Source: a virus
Taxonomy: Duplodnaviria > Caudoviricetes
Strand: one strand, 5' to 3'
Length of the DNA: 25,093 bases
Virus record (IMG/VR): IMGVR_UViG_3300025872_000284
Coordinates: 1-25,093 of that record
Position 1 is the stretch's first letter; each line of letters begins with the position of its first letter. Below, piece after piece: positions 23,967-25,093 of the stretch. The position numbers and the translations under genes were made by a program. Below the pieces are notes generated by a model. It was not told where the DNA came from, did no database searches, and saw nothing but the letters and a program-made list of their open reading frames with translations.

Positions 23967-25093
23967 ATGGCACAGTTTCAGTACGTAGACACCGGAGGCA
24001 ATCTCCAGAGCGTAGAGGCGGCGGACGCACAGGCGGCCCTCGCCGCGGCTAAGAACATCGCGCCTAATAGCGGTGTCATCGCGCCGCCTATCGGTCAGCA
24101 GGCCGCGTCCCCCGCAGCTCCGGGTGCGCCAGCACCAACGGACACATCGGCGTCGACGCAGGCATTCTTCGATCAGCTGACCAAGCGCCTTCTCGGAGAA
24201 ACAGGCGGAACTTCTTCGGTAAACCCTGTTTCCGGCGCGGTCGATTCTGCCATCAAGGACCTGCAGTCGGGACTCGAAGCGTCCCAGAAGGGAATCAAGG
24301 CCAAGTACCAGCAGCAGCGCGATCGTATCGGGTACGATTACGAGCTTGCGACGACAGGGGCTCGCGAGGGAATGATGAACCTCGGCGGCGCTTCCCAGCT
24401 CGCTATCCTGACGCAGTATGACGAAAGGAATCGCCGCGCTCTCAACGACCTCAACCTTGCGGAGCAGCAGGCTCTCGCTACGGGACAGTACGAGGTAGCG
24501 AGCAAGATCGCCGATCTCAAGATCCAGCGTGCGCAGTCTCAGCTGGACTTCGAGCAGAAGACGTTCCAGAACCTCTTCCAGGCGACGCAGCTCTTCATGC
24601 AGCGCGACGCGGCGGCTCGTGAGGCACAGCAGCAGCAGTTCCAGCAGAAGGCGAAGATGGCTGAGATCGCGCTCACCTACGGCCTTAAGCTCAATCCGAC
24701 GGATACCCTGGAGTCGGTCATCGACCGGGCCATGCCTATGGCGAGCGAGGATCGGAAGCTCCAGCTTGCCAAGATCCGCGCGGAAATCGCCGCGACCAAT
24801 CGCAGCAACGTATCTTCTGGCGGAGGAAGCGTCAATTGGGCACCGTTCGCCGCGAAGCTCGATGAGTCGCGCCGGGACAACGGCGGCTACATCCAGTCGG
24901 ACGCCTATCGCCAGGTCCTCCAGCAGTACCTCGCTACGGTCCCTGGTGCTACGAAGACCAAATTTGACGAGCAGTTCTCGAGCGGCCTCAACGGCGTAGA
25001 CCGTGCGATGTTCGGAGACGGAGGATCCTCTGGTGGTGGCGGAGGGGTAAGCCCGGCACTGCAGTACCTCCAGTCGTACGGCTCTACGGCCCC
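23967..25093 (+). CDS. Putative internal virion/DNA ejection protein, truncated at the window end (MAQFQYVDTGGNLQ...)
   Basis: ATG 2 nt after the upstream stop; frame open to the end; Q/A-rich helices and Gly-rich linkers; missed by the ORF track. Confidence 0.7.
   Translation, partial: MAQFQYVDTGGNLQSVEAADAQAALAAAKNIAPNSGVIAPPIGQQAASPAAPGAPAPTDTSASTQAFFDQLTKRLLGETGGTSSVNPVSGAVDSAIKDLQSGLEASQKGIKAKYQQQRDRIGYDYELATTGAREGMMNLGGASQLAILTQYDERNRRALNDLNLAEQQALATGQYEVASKIADLKIQRAQSQLDFEQKTFQNLFQATQLFMQRDAAAREAQQQQFQQKAKMAEIALTYGLKLNPTDTLESVIDRAMPMASEDRKLQLAKIRAEIAATNRSNVSSGGGSVNWAPFAAKLDESRRDNGGYIQSDAYRQVLQQYLATVPGATKTKFDEQFSSGLNGVDRAMFGDGGSSGGGGGVSPALQYLQSYGSTA

Larger units (their letters stand above)
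1..25093. mobile_element. Tailed bacteriophage genome segment (early region, control region and morphogenesis module)
   Basis: Terminase-portal-scaffold-capsid-fibre-holin synteny; dense small coupled ORFs; no cellular housekeeping genes or integrase in the window. Confidence 0.95.

Noticed and set aside
1-25093. Alternative genetic code (stop-codon reassignment)
   Set aside because: Core genes are intact in the standard code, and TAA, TAG and TGA all end genes at tightly coupled junctions.

Overview
The whole window is part of a tailed dsDNA phage genome (Caudoviricetes, probably podovirus-like: no tape measure or tail sheath is visible). No integrase, host genes, tRNA or CRISPR array were found. 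From left to right it contains: (i) 1-4267, minus-strand small early/accessory ORFs, including a DUF5664-like dNTP diphosphohydrolase, separated by promoters, hairpins and repeated motifs; (ii) about 4270-5043, a non-coding control region with seven co-oriented TTGAC(A/T) elements, a perfect DnaA box and a G/C-tract plus A-tract block resembling a genome end or packaging site; (iii) 5044-7722, a second tightly coupled minus-strand string of small ORFs; (iv) 7819 to the end, a plus-strand morphogenesis module (TerS, TerL, portal, scaffold, capsid accessory protein, major capsid, DUF559-like nuclease, structural proteins, tail fibre, LamG protein, holin, nozzle-like and adaptor-like proteins, and an ejection-like protein running off the end). 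The most notable signals are regulatory. Four structural-gene promoters share the exact pattern CTTGACAAA-N12-TGGTATAATCC. A ~250-nt structured RNA leader with twin ACUCAA-loop hairpins precedes the scaffold gene. Shine-Dalgarno sequences are essentially absent, which hints at a Patescibacteria/CPR-type host (inference). Product calls come from motif recognition and synteny only; no searches were run.
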